Positions 40,692-50,237 of a stretch of DNA of 64,000 bases are shown piece after piece (position 1 is the first letter of the stretch; each line of letters opens with the position of its first letter). The stretch lies in contig VGKG01000001.1 in the NCBI GenBank assembly GCA_016867115.1, forward strand, positions 29,237 through 93,236, written 5' to 3'. This DNA comes from Candidatus Omnitrophota bacterium (GTDB lineage: Bacteria; Omnitrophota; Gorgyraeia; Gygaellales; Profunditerraquicolaceae). Under the pieces are notes generated by a model that was given only the letters and a program-made list of their open reading frames with translations, had not been told where the DNA came from and ran no database searches. The translations under genes were made by a program, and so were the position numbers.

Positions 40692-41162
40692 ATGGAACGT
40701 ATTGTAAATCAGATACATTCGCTCCTGATCAAAAGGCAAAAGAGCGTAGCCGTGGCTGAATCCTGCACCGGCGGCCTCCTCTCCGAGCTCCTCACCGACC
40801 TCTCCGGCAGTTCAGAATACTTCATTCTGGGCATAGTCGCTTATAGCAACGCCGCAAAAATGCGCATCCTAAATGTTTTGCCCAGGTTAATCGCCAAAAA
40901 CGGCGCAGTTTCAGGAGCTGTAGCCAGGAAAATGGCACGATCCGTAAGGTCACTGGCAAAGTCTGACTTTGGTCTCGGCATCACCGGCATTGCCGGCCCT
41001 ACAGGTGGCACTCCCCAGAAACCCATAGGCACTATATTCATCTCTATAGATGGCAAAACCAGGAGTATCTGCAAAAAGTTCTTATTCAAGGGAAACCGCC
41101 AAACTATCCGCAAAAAATCAGCCCTCAAAGCGCTTGAGATGTTAAAGGAACTGATAAAATGA
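40692..41162 (+). CDS. CinA C-terminal domain protein (PncC-like nicotinamide-nucleotide amidohydrolase)
   Basis: 156 aa, CinA C-terminal family (SVAVAESCTGGLL...GLGITGIAGP). A TTGTCA, 17 nt, TATAAT promoter ends 11 nt before the ATG, so the leader is very short. Confidence 0.8.
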   Translation: MERIVNQIHSLLIKRQKSVAVAESCTGGLLSELLTDLSGSSEYFILGIVAYSNAAKMRILNVLPRLIAKNGAVSGAVARKMARSVRSLAKSDFGLGITGIAGPTGGTPQKPIGTIFISIDGKTRSICKKFLFKGNRQTIRKKSALKALEMLKELIK

Positions 41163-41731
41163 GGACCTTTATCGCAATTGAGTTACCGGAAGAAATCAAA
41201 GGAGCTCTCTCCAGACTTCAGGAGAAGCTGAAAGCCGCCGGTGCGGATGTAAAGTGGGTCGAACCCGAGAATATCCACTTAACCCTGAAATTCCTGGGTG
41301 AGCGGGATGATAAGCGGGTAGAAAAAATCAAGGAGCTCCTTGACGAGGCCTGCGCAGGCAGAAAACCCTTTCTCATGCGGCTTGATAAGGTAGGTGCCTT
41401 TCCTTCCCTGAACTCGCCCCGCGTCATCTGGGTCAGCGTCAGAGAGGGAGATACCGAAGCTAAAGAGATCGCCGCGGATTTAGAAGAAAAAATATGCCGC
41501 CTGGGGATCCCCAAAGAAGAACGGCCATTTCAATCCCACATCACTATCGCGAGATTACGTTCACCGCAAAACAGGCAGCCTTTGGTTCAGGAATTGAAGA
41601 AGCTCGAAGATAAACCCTTGCCGGAAAACCTCGGATTCACCGTAAAAAAGATCACCCTCTTTAAGAGCACCCTCACTCCCAAAGGCCCCGTCTACGAAAG
41701 CCTCAAAGAAGCAAACCTCAAGATAAGCTGA
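41159..41731 (+). CDS. thpR: RNA 2',3'-cyclic phosphodiesterase (2H family, ThpR/LigT)
   Basis: 190 aa with two H-x-T/S-x motifs (HLTLKFLGE and HITIAR). Confidence 0.82.
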   Translation: MRTFIAIELPEEIKGALSRLQEKLKAAGADVKWVEPENIHLTLKFLGERDDKRVEKIKELLDEACAGRKPFLMRLDKVGAFPSLNSPRVIWVSVREGDTEAKEIAADLEEKICRLGIPKEERPFQSHITIARLRSPQNRQPLVQELKKLEDKPLPENLGFTVKKITLFKSTLTPKGPVYESLKEANLKIS

Positions 41732-42150
41732 AGCGCAAGATTAGTGTAGAGCGCAGCTATAATATCATCGCTCATTATGCCCGCACTTCCTTTTAATTTC
41801 TGGAATGCGCCGCAGGGGTATGGCTTTACCATATCAAAAAAACGGAATACCAAAAATCCGATGAGCATGAACTTCGGGGCGAAGGGTACAAACAAAAGGC
41901 TAAGCAGCATACCCGCCACTTCATCGATCACGATCACGCGGTTATCTTTTCTGCCGGTGGCCCTTTCCGCCTCGCCACTCACCAGAAATCCGAGCACAAG
42001 GATTACCAGGGTCAGTAAGACAACCTTACCTCCTGCCAGATAATAAAGCAGGAGCCCGGCGAGGCTTCCGAAAGTGCCCGGAATGAGCGGCAGATACCCG
42101 ACATAAAAAAATGTGGCCAGTATTTTTATGGTTTTTTCACGAATTGGCAT
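41692..42150 (-). CDS. pgpA: Phosphatidylglycerophosphatase A
   Basis: 152-aa membrane protein, PgpA family (GTFGSLAGLLLYY). Its 3' end overlaps thpR convergently by 40 nt. Confidence 0.8.
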   Translation of the reverse strand: MPIREKTIKILATFFYVGYLPLIPGTFGSLAGLLLYYLAGGKVVLLTLVILVLGFLVSGEAERATGRKDNRVIVIDEVAGMLLSLLFVPFAPKFMLIGFLVFRFFDMVKPYPCGAFQKLKGSAGIMSDDIIAALYTNLALQLILRFASLRLS

Positions 42151-42154
42151 AAGG

Positions 42155-42739
42155 TTAGAAGCGCGCGATGATCTTGCGGTTCTCCCAGAGATACGATATG
42201 CCCGAATAGAGGGTGAGGGCTACGGTGACGAGCATGAGAAAATAGATGCCGCGGCTGAAGATCTTTTCCCAGGCGGGATTCCAGGTGTAATAATTAAGCA
42301 TCACTTCCTTGGCTACCATGAATAGAAGGATCAGGAGGATCACCGTCATCTGGAATGCGGTCTTATGTTTCCCCGCGCGCGTAGCGGAGAGGACCTTTCC
42401 TTTATTCAAAGCAAATAGCCTTAAAGACGTGATTAGGATCTCGCGCGAGACGATGATCACAAACATCCAGGCGTCGATCAGCTGCATCTGCACAAAAGCG
42501 GCAAAGGCAGCCAGTACCAGTATTTTGTCGGCGATCGGATCCATGAGGCGGCCGAAATCGGAGATCAGGTTTTTCTTCTGCGCGATAAAGCCGTCGAGAA
42601 AATCCGAGAGTGCCGCCAGGATAAATACGCCGAGGGCACTTGCCTTTGCCCAGAGCCCGTGGCAGAGAGGCGATAAAAAGAACATGAAGACAAAAGCCAG
42701 GAGGATCCTTGCCATCGTCAGTTTATTGGCTATATTCAT
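42155..42739 (-). CDS. pgsA: CDP-diacylglycerol--glycerol-3-phosphate 3-phosphatidyltransferase
   Basis: 194 aa with the CDP-alcohol phosphatidyltransferase motif DFLDGFIAQKKNLISDFGRLMDPIADK. Confidence 0.85.
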   Translation of the reverse strand: MNIANKLTMARILLAFVFMFFLSPLCHGLWAKASALGVFILAALSDFLDGFIAQKKNLISDFGRLMDPIADKILVLAAFAAFVQMQLIDAWMFVIIVSREILITSLRLFALNKGKVLSATRAGKHKTAFQMTVILLILLFMVAKEVMLNYYTWNPAWEKIFSRGIYFLMLVTVALTLYSGISYLWENRKIIARF

Positions 42740-43983
42740 GAAGTTACCTCCCCCACTAAATCATACTCCAGGGTATCAGTGACCCTTACCCTGACAAAAT
42801 CACCGGGGCTGAAGTTTTGGCGGGAGTTTATATAGACCATACCGTCCACTTCCGGAGCATCATATTCGCTACGGCCAAAATATGCCCCCTCTTCTTTTTC
42901 CTCGACCATGACCCTTAAAGTCTTGCCTAATAACCTGGCATTTAATTCCCGGGAGATCTCCTGCTGCAGCTGCATGACCTGGTTAAAACGCTCTTCCTTG
43001 ACTTTCTGGGGGATCTGACCCTTAAGATGATAGGCAGGAGTCCCTTCTTCACGCGAGTAGATAAACGCTCCCAGGCGCTCAAACTTCGTTTCTTCGATAA
43101 AGGAGAGCAATTCTTTGAACTCTTTATCCGTCTCTGAAGGAAACCCCACGATTACCGAAGTGCGTAGCGCCACCCCGGGGATGTTTTTTCTGACCTTCCC
43201 GATCGTCTTCAGGATATCCTTTTTTGCGGTCTTACGGTTCATCGCCTTGAGGATCCGTTCATTGATATGCTGCACCGGGATATCCATATACTTACAGATG
43301 CGCGGCTCATCCCTCACCAGCTTCAATAAAGCATTATCGATACGGCACGGATTCAGATAAAGAAGCCTGATCCAACCGATTTTTCCCGTAACCTTGAGTA
43401 CCTTCTTTAACAGTGCGCTTAAAGCGAACTTCCCGCAGAGGTCTATGCCGTAGCCGGTGATATCCTGTCCGACGATATTCAGTTCGGAGATCCTCTGGCG
43501 GTTAAACGACTGCGCCCGCTTAAGTACAGAATCCGTATCAAGACTGATGAACCTGCCTTTGATCCTGGGGATGATACAGTAACTGCAGTTATTGACGCAA
43601 CCTTCGCAGATCTTTAAATAAGCGTAGTGGCGGGGCGTAATGGGGAATCTTTCCAAAGAGTGGTTTAAAGAGACTTTACCGATAAAGGCGTCGACTTCGG
43701 GAAGTTCTCTTTTTAATTCATCCCGGTAACGCTGGGTAAGGCAGCCATAGACCAGGATCTTTTTAAGTTTCCCTTCTTTTTTTAACTCTACCAGGTCCAG
43801 GATCGCATCTATGGACTCGCGCTTGGCCTGTTCGATAAAGCCGCAGGTATTTACGATGGCGACCTGCGCCTTATCCATATCCACCACGGAATAACCTTTG
43901 CGGCATAGCCTGCCCAGGATATTTTCGGAATCTACGATATTTCTGGGGCAGCCGAGGCTAAGAATCGCAACCTTTGGTTTCAT
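42736..43983 (-). CDS. rimO: Ribosomal protein S12 methylthiotransferase (radical SAM MTTase)
   Basis: 415 aa. RimO-like N-terminus MKPKVAILSLGCPRNIVDSE, radical SAM CVNNCSYC and a C-terminal TRAM domain. Confidence 0.78.
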   Translation of the reverse strand: MKPKVAILSLGCPRNIVDSENILGRLCRKGYSVVDMDKAQVAIVNTCGFIEQAKRESIDAILDLVELKKEGKLKKILVYGCLTQRYRDELKRELPEVDAFIGKVSLNHSLERFPITPRHYAYLKICEGCVNNCSYCIIPRIKGRFISLDTDSVLKRAQSFNRQRISELNIVGQDITGYGIDLCGKFALSALLKKVLKVTGKIGWIRLLYLNPCRIDNALLKLVRDEPRICKYMDIPVQHINERILKAMNRKTAKKDILKTIGKVRKNIPGVALRTSVIVGFPSETDKEFKELLSFIEETKFERLGAFIYSREEGTPAYHLKGQIPQKVKEERFNQVMQLQQEISRELNARLLGKTLRVMVEEKEEGAYFGRSEYDAPEVDGMVYINSRQNFSPGDFVRVRVTDTLEYDLVGEVTS

Positions 43984-44792
43984 CTGGGTATGTGCAGGCC
44001 CCCGTCTCTGGTGATCACGATGTTTTTCAACTGTTGGTTCCTTGCGCCAAGATTTGAAAAACGCTGGCCGTCCACTTCTATCTCCACCCCGCCGGCATTG
44101 CCCAGGGAGAACTCTATCTTATTTTTAGCTTCCCAGCTCTCTGACCTGCCCTTTTCCAGGATCCGGTTAAAAACCGTCTGGCCGTCTTTCTTCAGGATGA
44201 CCATGCAGTTTTCGCGCGCCAGGATGGTCAGATTTATTCCTGAAGCGGCGTCTCTTTTCAGGGGGACGCTTTTAGGCAGGGCCTTCTGCGCTGCAGGAGG
44301 CCCTGCTTTAGGCGCCTGTTTCTTAGCCGCCGGCGACGCAGGCGAAGAAACGCTCCTGGAAGCGGCCTCTTTACGCTTTGCCGAAATGAACTTACCCAGG
44401 CTATAGAGCCCCCAGACCGCGATACCGCCGGCCAGAATGAATACGAATACGCCTTTTAATTTTTTAAGAGGCTGCAAAGAACGCAGCTTGCTGCCCGCCT
44501 CTTTCAGAAGGACGAACTTTTCTGCCTTCCGGGCTCCTGCCGCAGCGACAGTGCCCGGATGCGCCGGAGGCTCTTTATAATCGGCAATACACTCTTTGGG
44601 GTCTACCCCTAAAAACTTACAGTAGATCTTCAGGAAGCTTTTCAGGTACACCGGGCTCAGGTTGCTGATAGTGTCTCCCTCGATAGCCTTGAGGATATTG
44701 AGGTGGACCTTGGTCTTCTTCTGCACCTCTTCAAGGCTTAACCCCTTTTCCAGGCGTAGTTTTTTTAGCCTTTCGCCGGCTGCTTCCATCAC
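43980..44792 (-). CDS. rodZ: RodZ-like cytoskeleton protein (HTH-XRE, TM, DUF4115)
   Basis: 270 aa. N-terminal XRE HTH (LKKLRLEKGLSLEEVQKKTKV), one TM helix, a Pro/Ala/Lys-rich linker and a C-terminal DUF4115-like domain. Confidence 0.7.
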   Translation of the reverse strand: MMEAAGERLKKLRLEKGLSLEEVQKKTKVHLNILKAIEGDTISNLSPVYLKSFLKIYCKFLGVDPKECIADYKEPPAHPGTVAAAGARKAEKFVLLKEAGSKLRSLQPLKKLKGVFVFILAGGIAVWGLYSLGKFISAKRKEAASRSVSSPASPAAKKQAPKAGPPAAQKALPKSVPLKRDAASGINLTILARENCMVILKKDGQTVFNRILEKGRSESWEAKNKIEFSLGNAGGVEIEVDGQRFSNLGARNQQLKNIVITRDGGLHIPR

Positions 44793-46987
44793 TGCTCCTC
44801 GCTTTGCCCGACCTGCCTGGCCCTATCCAGCCACTCTTCCCGGTTGACCAGGATCTTACGCGGCTTGCTTCCTTCATAAGGGCCAACCAACCCTTCCTGC
44901 TCCATGGAATCGATAATGCGCGCGGCACGCACATGGCTTAAGCGCATCCTGCGCATCAGGATGGATACCGAAGCCTGATTGCTCTCCATGACCACCCGCA
45001 CCGCCTCGTCGTAAAACTCGTCTTTCTCGCCGTTGACTGCCGTGGCGCTCTTCTGCTGCTCTTTCACGATCTCTTCGTTGTAGAGCGGTTCTGCCTGGGA
45101 CTTAATGAAATCCACCACCCGCTCGATCTCCTTGTCGTAAACCAGCGTCCCTTGCAGCCGGATCATCTCCGATTCGCCCGGCTGCATAAAAAGCATATCG
45201 CCCTTGCCCAGTAGTTTTTCCGAGGTCTTGGTGGAATCAAGGATCGTACGGGCATCCACGCCCGAGGCTACCTTAAAAGATATGCGTGCCGGGAGATTGG
45301 CCTTGATCACGCCGGTGATCACATCGACCGACGGCCTCTGCGTAGCCAGAATCAGGTGGATACCTACTGCGCGGGCCATCTGAGCTAAACGCGTCACCGC
45401 ATTTTCGATCTGGTCTCCGGCAACCACCATAAGGTCGGCAAACTCATCGATGATGATCACGATATAAGGAATAGGCTCGTTCTTCTCGTTGTATGACTCG
45501 ATCGTCCTTGAGCCGGCCTTGGCCAGGAGCTTATAGCGCTCGTCCATCTCCGCCAGGACCCAGTTTAAGGCCGCCGAAACTTTTTTGGCGTCAGTGACCA
45601 CCGGGCACAAGAGGTGGGGCAGGCCGTTAAAGGGCATAAGTTCCACGCGCTTGGGATCGACCATCAGGAACTTAAGCTCATGCGGGGCGTTCTTATAAAG
45701 CAGGGAGAGTATCAACGAATTGACGCAGACGGTCTTGCCGCTTCCAGTAGTGCCTGCGATCAATAGATGCGGCATCTCATCGAGGTCTGCGACGATTGGG
45801 TGTCCGGTAATATCCTTGCCCAAGGCCAGGGCTAACTTGTATTTTGCCCCCTGGAAGACCTGGGAGGTGAGAACTTCCTTTAAATAAACAAAATCCGTGC
45901 GCGCATTGGGGACCTCTACGCCGACGCGCGCCTTTCCCGGGATAGGTGCCAGGATCCTTACGGTCTGGGCTTTCATCGCCAGGGCAATATCATCATCCAG
46001 GGCCTCGATGCGGTTGACTTTGACCCCGGGTGCAGGCTCAAGCTCATAACGCGTGATCGCAGGGCCCCTAAGGATGTCCGTTACCTTGGCTGAGACGTCA
46101 AAATCCTGCAAAGTGGCAACCAGCGTGCGGGCATTCGCTTCCAGGTCATCTTTCATCTGCCTGGCTTCGATCACCGGAGGGCTATCCAGTAGATCCGGGG
46201 AAGGCAACTGATAATCGCCGATCCTGACCTCCTGGGGCCTGGCCTTAGCCTGAGCAGGCTGAGGCCCTGGCTTCGGCTCATGGATTTTCGGCTTAGGCGT
46301 CTGAGTTGCCTCTTCGGGCTTAGGCTTAAACCTATCCTTTACCGCAGCCAGGAGAGACTCTTTTTTCTGAGGAGCTTCCGGAACAGGCTTGGGTGCGGGC
46401 TTTATCCTTATCGGCAGCTCTCTTCTTTTCGGCAGCCTAAAAAAGGGAGCAAAAATATCTCTGGCCTTATTTGCGGTGCCGATAAAAAGCGAGGAGATAA
46501 GTATCTCGGTGACCAGGGCCAGGGATAATATAATAAAGGTAATAAAAATGATGAAGCCGCCAAGGCGGCTGAAATAGGCAGTAATAAAATTAGAGGTCAC
46601 TGCACCCAGTAAGCCCGCGGTGTAGAAACGGACGAACTCGTTCTTAAGATGGGACATCCCCCAGAGCGATGCCACGGATAAGAGGAGCACAAACATGCCG
46701 ATAAAACGGGGGATGCTTAAGTAAGGAGGCTCCTGCCGGAAAAACTTCACCCCCAATAGCAGGATCAGCAAAGGAAGGACAAAGCTTGTGGGCATGCCGA
46801 ATAAAAAAACCAGTATCCCGCCGATATAAGCGCCGAAGTATCCTAAGAGGTTCCTGGGTGGGTGATTGGGATTAGAGGTGTAGAAGGGAAGGTCGAGGCG
46901 GTCAAAACCGGTGAGGCTGGCCAGCAGCATAAGCCCGATAGCGACAAGGATTACGCCCTTGACCTCGTTTAATCTCTTTTCTTTCAC
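44789..46987 (-). CDS. ftsK: DNA translocase FtsK/SpoIIIE
   Basis: 732 aa with four N-terminal TM helices, a Pro-rich linker, a motor domain with Walker A GTTGSGKTV, and a C-terminal gamma winged helix. Confidence 0.9.
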   Translation of the reverse strand: MKEKRLNEVKGVILVAIGLMLLASLTGFDRLDLPFYTSNPNHPPRNLLGYFGAYIGGILVFLFGMPTSFVLPLLILLLGVKFFRQEPPYLSIPRFIGMFVLLLSVASLWGMSHLKNEFVRFYTAGLLGAVTSNFITAYFSRLGGFIIFITFIILSLALVTEILISSLFIGTANKARDIFAPFFRLPKRRELPIRIKPAPKPVPEAPQKKESLLAAVKDRFKPKPEEATQTPKPKIHEPKPGPQPAQAKARPQEVRIGDYQLPSPDLLDSPPVIEARQMKDDLEANARTLVATLQDFDVSAKVTDILRGPAITRYELEPAPGVKVNRIEALDDDIALAMKAQTVRILAPIPGKARVGVEVPNARTDFVYLKEVLTSQVFQGAKYKLALALGKDITGHPIVADLDEMPHLLIAGTTGSGKTVCVNSLILSLLYKNAPHELKFLMVDPKRVELMPFNGLPHLLCPVVTDAKKVSAALNWVLAEMDERYKLLAKAGSRTIESYNEKNEPIPYIVIIIDEFADLMVVAGDQIENAVTRLAQMARAVGIHLILATQRPSVDVITGVIKANLPARISFKVASGVDARTILDSTKTSEKLLGKGDMLFMQPGESEMIRLQGTLVYDKEIERVVDFIKSQAEPLYNEEIVKEQQKSATAVNGEKDEFYDEAVRVVMESNQASVSILMRRMRLSHVRAARIIDSMEQEGLVGPYEGSKPRKILVNREEWLDRARQVGQSEEQ

Positions 46988-49065
46988 TTTTGCTGTTCAG
47001 CCTGCTTCTTGCTCAGGTTTATCCGGCCCATTTCGTCTATGCCGATAACCTTGACCTTGAACTCATCGCCGAGCTTTACCACTTCGTCGACGCTCTTGAC
47101 AAAACGGTCAGCCAGCTCAGAAATATGCACCAGGCCTTCTTTTCCGGGAGCAATCTCGCAGAAGGCGCCGAAGTTCACGATGCGCTTGACCTTGGCGTTA
47201 TAGATCGTGCCTACGGCTATTTCTTCCACGATGGTCTTGATCATCTTGATCGCCTCGGCGGATTTTGCCGCGTCGGTAGAGCCGACCAGGACAGTGCCGT
47301 CATCCTGGATGTCTACGCTCACCCCGGTTGCGGCGATAATCGCTTTCACGTTCTTGCCGCCCGGGCCGATCAATTCTCCGATCTTATCCTGGTTGATCTT
47401 AAGCATCTCGATGCGCGGGGCGTAACTTGATAATTCCGGACGCGGCGCGTTGATCGCCTCGCTCATCTTATCCAAAATAAAGGTTCGCGCCTCTTTTGAC
47501 TGCGCAAGGCAATCTTTCAGCAGCTCCACGGAAATACCTTCGATCTTCAGATCCAGCTGCACTGCGGTCATGCCTTTTCTTGTGCCTGCGACCTTAAAAT
47601 CCATATCGCCGAAATGATCCTCAAGGCCGGCGATATCCGTAAGGATCACTGCCTTCTCGCCTTCTTTGACCAGGCCTAAGGCAATGCCACCTACCGGATC
47701 CTTTACGGGGACACCGGCATCCATCAGCGAGAGCGCTGCGGCACAGACTGTAGCCATGCTGGATGAACCATTAGATTCCAGGATCTCAGAAACTACTCTG
47801 ATGGTATAGGGGAACTTCTCTTTGGCGGGAACCACGGCAAGGAGCGACTTCTCGGCTAATGCGCCGTGGCCGATCTCCCGCCTTCCCGGTCCGCGCACCG
47901 GCGCTGTCTCTCCGACGCTAAAAGGCGGGAAGCTGTAGTGCAGCATAAAAGTCTTATATTTTTCACCTTCCAATGCCTCGATCAGCTGCTCGTCTTCTCC
48001 GGTACCTAAAGTGGTCACCGCAAGGCTCTGGGTCTGGCCGCGCGTAAAGAGCGCTGAGCCGTGCGTGCGCGGCAGGACCGAAACCTGACAAGTGATCGGC
48101 CGGACGTCCCTGAAACCCCTGCCGTCAAGGCGCGCATTCTCTACCAGTATCTTATGCCGGATCTGCGCCTTCTGCACCTCATCCAGTGCCATATTGATAT
48201 CGGCGCTGGTGCAATCTTCGCATACGTATTTTTCTTCCAGCTCTTTGGTCAGAAGATGCACCTGCTCCACTCTTTCGTCGTGGTTAGTCAGTTTATAGAT
48301 CTCTTTCAGCTTCCCTGTTGCGGCAGCCTCCACGTTCTTCTTCAGCTCCGGGCTGATCAATTTTAAGGCTACTTCCGCCTTGGGTTTTCCGGCCTTCTTT
48401 TTAAACTCCTCCTGGACATGCAAGAGGCCCTGCAGATTATCATAGCCGAACTTTACGGCTTCCAGATATACGTCTTCCGAAACTTCCCTCCCGCGGGACT
48501 CCAGCATGATGATGCCTTTTGCGGTAAGGGCCACTACCACGTCCAATTCCGCTTTTTCCAGTTCCGCATAAGTCGGATTAAGGATAAACTGATTATCAAG
48601 CCTGGCTACCCGGCAGCAGGCTACCGGCCCGCCGAAGGGAATGTCTGAGATCATCAGGGCGCATGAGGCGCCGTTCACCGCCAGTATATCGGGGTCATTC
48701 TCCCCGTCGCTGGAGAGGACGATCGCCATGATCTGGACTTCGTTTAAGAAGCCTTTGGGAAAGAGCGGCCGGATGGGCCGGTCGATGAGGCGGGCGGTAA
48801 GGATCTCGCTCTCCGAAGGCCGGCCTTCCCTCTTAAAGAAACCGCCGGGGATCCTGCCTGCGGCATAGGTCTTCTCCTGGCATTCTACGGTGAGGGGAAA
48901 GAAATCCTGACCTGCGCGTATCTCCTTGGACATGCACGCGGTCACCAGGACCACAGTCCCGCCAAGGGAAACCATGACCGAACCATTCGCTTGTTTGGCG
49001 ATCTTTCCGGTCTCAAAAATTATATCAGCTTTTCCGAATTTCGTTTTCAGAGTGTGCTCTTGCAT
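46984..49065 (-). CDS. pnp: Polyribonucleotide nucleotidyltransferase (PNPase)
   Basis: 693 aa with two RNase PH domains, KH and S1 domains; directly downstream of rpsO. Confidence 0.92.
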   Translation of the reverse strand: MQEHTLKTKFGKADIIFETGKIAKQANGSVMVSLGGTVVLVTACMSKEIRAGQDFFPLTVECQEKTYAAGRIPGGFFKREGRPSESEILTARLIDRPIRPLFPKGFLNEVQIMAIVLSSDGENDPDILAVNGASCALMISDIPFGGPVACCRVARLDNQFILNPTYAELEKAELDVVVALTAKGIIMLESRGREVSEDVYLEAVKFGYDNLQGLLHVQEEFKKKAGKPKAEVALKLISPELKKNVEAAATGKLKEIYKLTNHDERVEQVHLLTKELEEKYVCEDCTSADINMALDEVQKAQIRHKILVENARLDGRGFRDVRPITCQVSVLPRTHGSALFTRGQTQSLAVTTLGTGEDEQLIEALEGEKYKTFMLHYSFPPFSVGETAPVRGPGRREIGHGALAEKSLLAVVPAKEKFPYTIRVVSEILESNGSSSMATVCAAALSLMDAGVPVKDPVGGIALGLVKEGEKAVILTDIAGLEDHFGDMDFKVAGTRKGMTAVQLDLKIEGISVELLKDCLAQSKEARTFILDKMSEAINAPRPELSSYAPRIEMLKINQDKIGELIGPGGKNVKAIIAATGVSVDIQDDGTVLVGSTDAAKSAEAIKMIKTIVEEIAVGTIYNAKVKRIVNFGAFCEIAPGKEGLVHISELADRFVKSVDEVVKLGDEFKVKVIGIDEMGRINLSKKQAEQQK

Positions 49066-49095
49066 TATATTGTCCTTAGGGATTTTCTTAGGGGA

Positions 49096-49365
49096 TTATT
49101 TTCTCAGGCCAAGCTTCTCCAGAACCTCTTCATACTTCTTAATGTCCCTGTTCTTGAGATAGTTGAGGAGCCTGCGGCGTCTGCCTACAAGCGCAAGCAG
49201 TCCGCGGCGGGAGTGGAAATCGTTCTTGTGGATCTTGAAATGCTCTCCTAAGACGTTGATCCTCTCGGTTAAAATCGCAATCTGGACTTCTGCCGAACCG
49301 GTATCGCGGGCATGGACTTTGAACTCTTCGATGATCTTGGATTTTTTATCTTTTAGCAAAACCAA
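49096..49365 (-). CDS. rpsO: 30S ribosomal protein S15
   Basis: 89 aa, S15 family (...[40 protein letters not shown]...). Probable TTG start with GGAGGTG RBS; TTGACT, 17 nt, TATAAT promoter upstream (49429..49401). Confidence 0.88.
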   Translation of the reverse strand: MVLLKDKKSKIIEEFKVHARDTGSAEVQIAILTERINVLGEHFKIHKNDFHSRRGLLALVGRRRRLLNYLKNRDIKKYEEVLEKLGLRK

Positions 49366-49456
49366 CCTTTTTCACCTCCTCTTCTCTTAATTTGGATCAT
49401 TATATGATACTTTAAAGCATAAGTCAATAAAATCAACATATTTTTTCGGGGGCTTA

Positions 49457-49597
49457 TTAAGGGTTATATTCGGGGACCGTACGGTAGAAAGTCTTTGTCT
49501 TTTCCCTTCCCGATTCTATCAGCGGCCTGAACATATGCTTATAGCAAAAATAAACCGCGCCCGCAATCAAGGCTAAAAGGAGAACTTTTCTGATCAT
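49457..49597 (-). CDS. Unannotated small membrane protein (46 aa), translationally coupled to eda (ATGA overlap)
   Basis: Minus-strand ORF MIRKVLLLALIAGAVYFCYKHMFRPLIESGREKTKTFYRTVPEYNP with SD AAGGAGG 5 nt upstream. It is below the size cutoff of the ORF track. Confidence 0.45.
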   Translation of the reverse strand: MIRKVLLLALIAGAVYFCYKHMFRPLIESGREKTKTFYRTVPEYNP

Positions 49598-50235
49598 AAG
49601 GCCTCCTTTTCTAAGGCGACAAGCTGATCAGTGAAGCTTTTTATATTTTTGGCGATGCTTAAATAATCGCCTGCCTCAAGCCACTCTCGCTTAAAGGTAC
49701 TTGCGCCGATGGCCACGGCACTCGCCCCCTGGGCGAAAAAATCCTTCAAATTCTCGGGCCGCACCCCGCCGCAGGCAAGGAGCTCTATACCGCTAAACGG
49801 GGCCTTAACCTCCTTAAAATACGCGGGGCCGAAGAAGTTCGCCGGAAAGACCTTGACCATGCTCGCACCCGCATTCCAGGCGCGGTAGATCTCCGCAGGG
49901 CTAAGGGCGCCAGGAAAGACCGGGATCTTAAACTTTGCGCAGTAGCTGACTACTTCCTCCACAAACACCGGCAGCACGATAAAGGTGGCTCCGCCGGATA
50001 ACGCCAGTTTTAAATCCTCCGTATTCAGGACTGTCCCTGCGCCGATAGTCAGGCGCCCGCCGGATGCTTGAATAGCCTTACGGATGAGATCCGGCGCTCC
50101 CGGGGTATTCATGGTGATCTCGATCGTCTCCAAGCCGCTTGAGGCGATTACCTCTACGAGGGGTGCTATCTCCTGAGGTTTGATTCCCCTTAAGATCCCC
50201 AGGATCGGCTTTTCTTTGAACCTCTTAATATCCAT
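49594..50235 (-). CDS. eda: KDPG/KHG aldolase family protein (Eda-like)
   Basis: 213 aa, Eda family (ILGILRG...IEITMNTPGA...GAGTVL...VKVFPA...GGV). Confidence 0.75.
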   Translation of the reverse strand: MDIKRFKEKPILGILRGIKPQEIAPLVEVIASSGLETIEITMNTPGAPDLIRKAIQASGGRLTIGAGTVLNTEDLKLALSGGATFIVLPVFVEEVVSYCAKFKIPVFPGALSPAEIYRAWNAGASMVKVFPANFFGPAYFKEVKAPFSGIELLACGGVRPENLKDFFAQGASAVAIGASTFKREWLEAGDYLSIAKNIKSFTDQLVALEKEAL

Positions 50236-50237
50236 GA

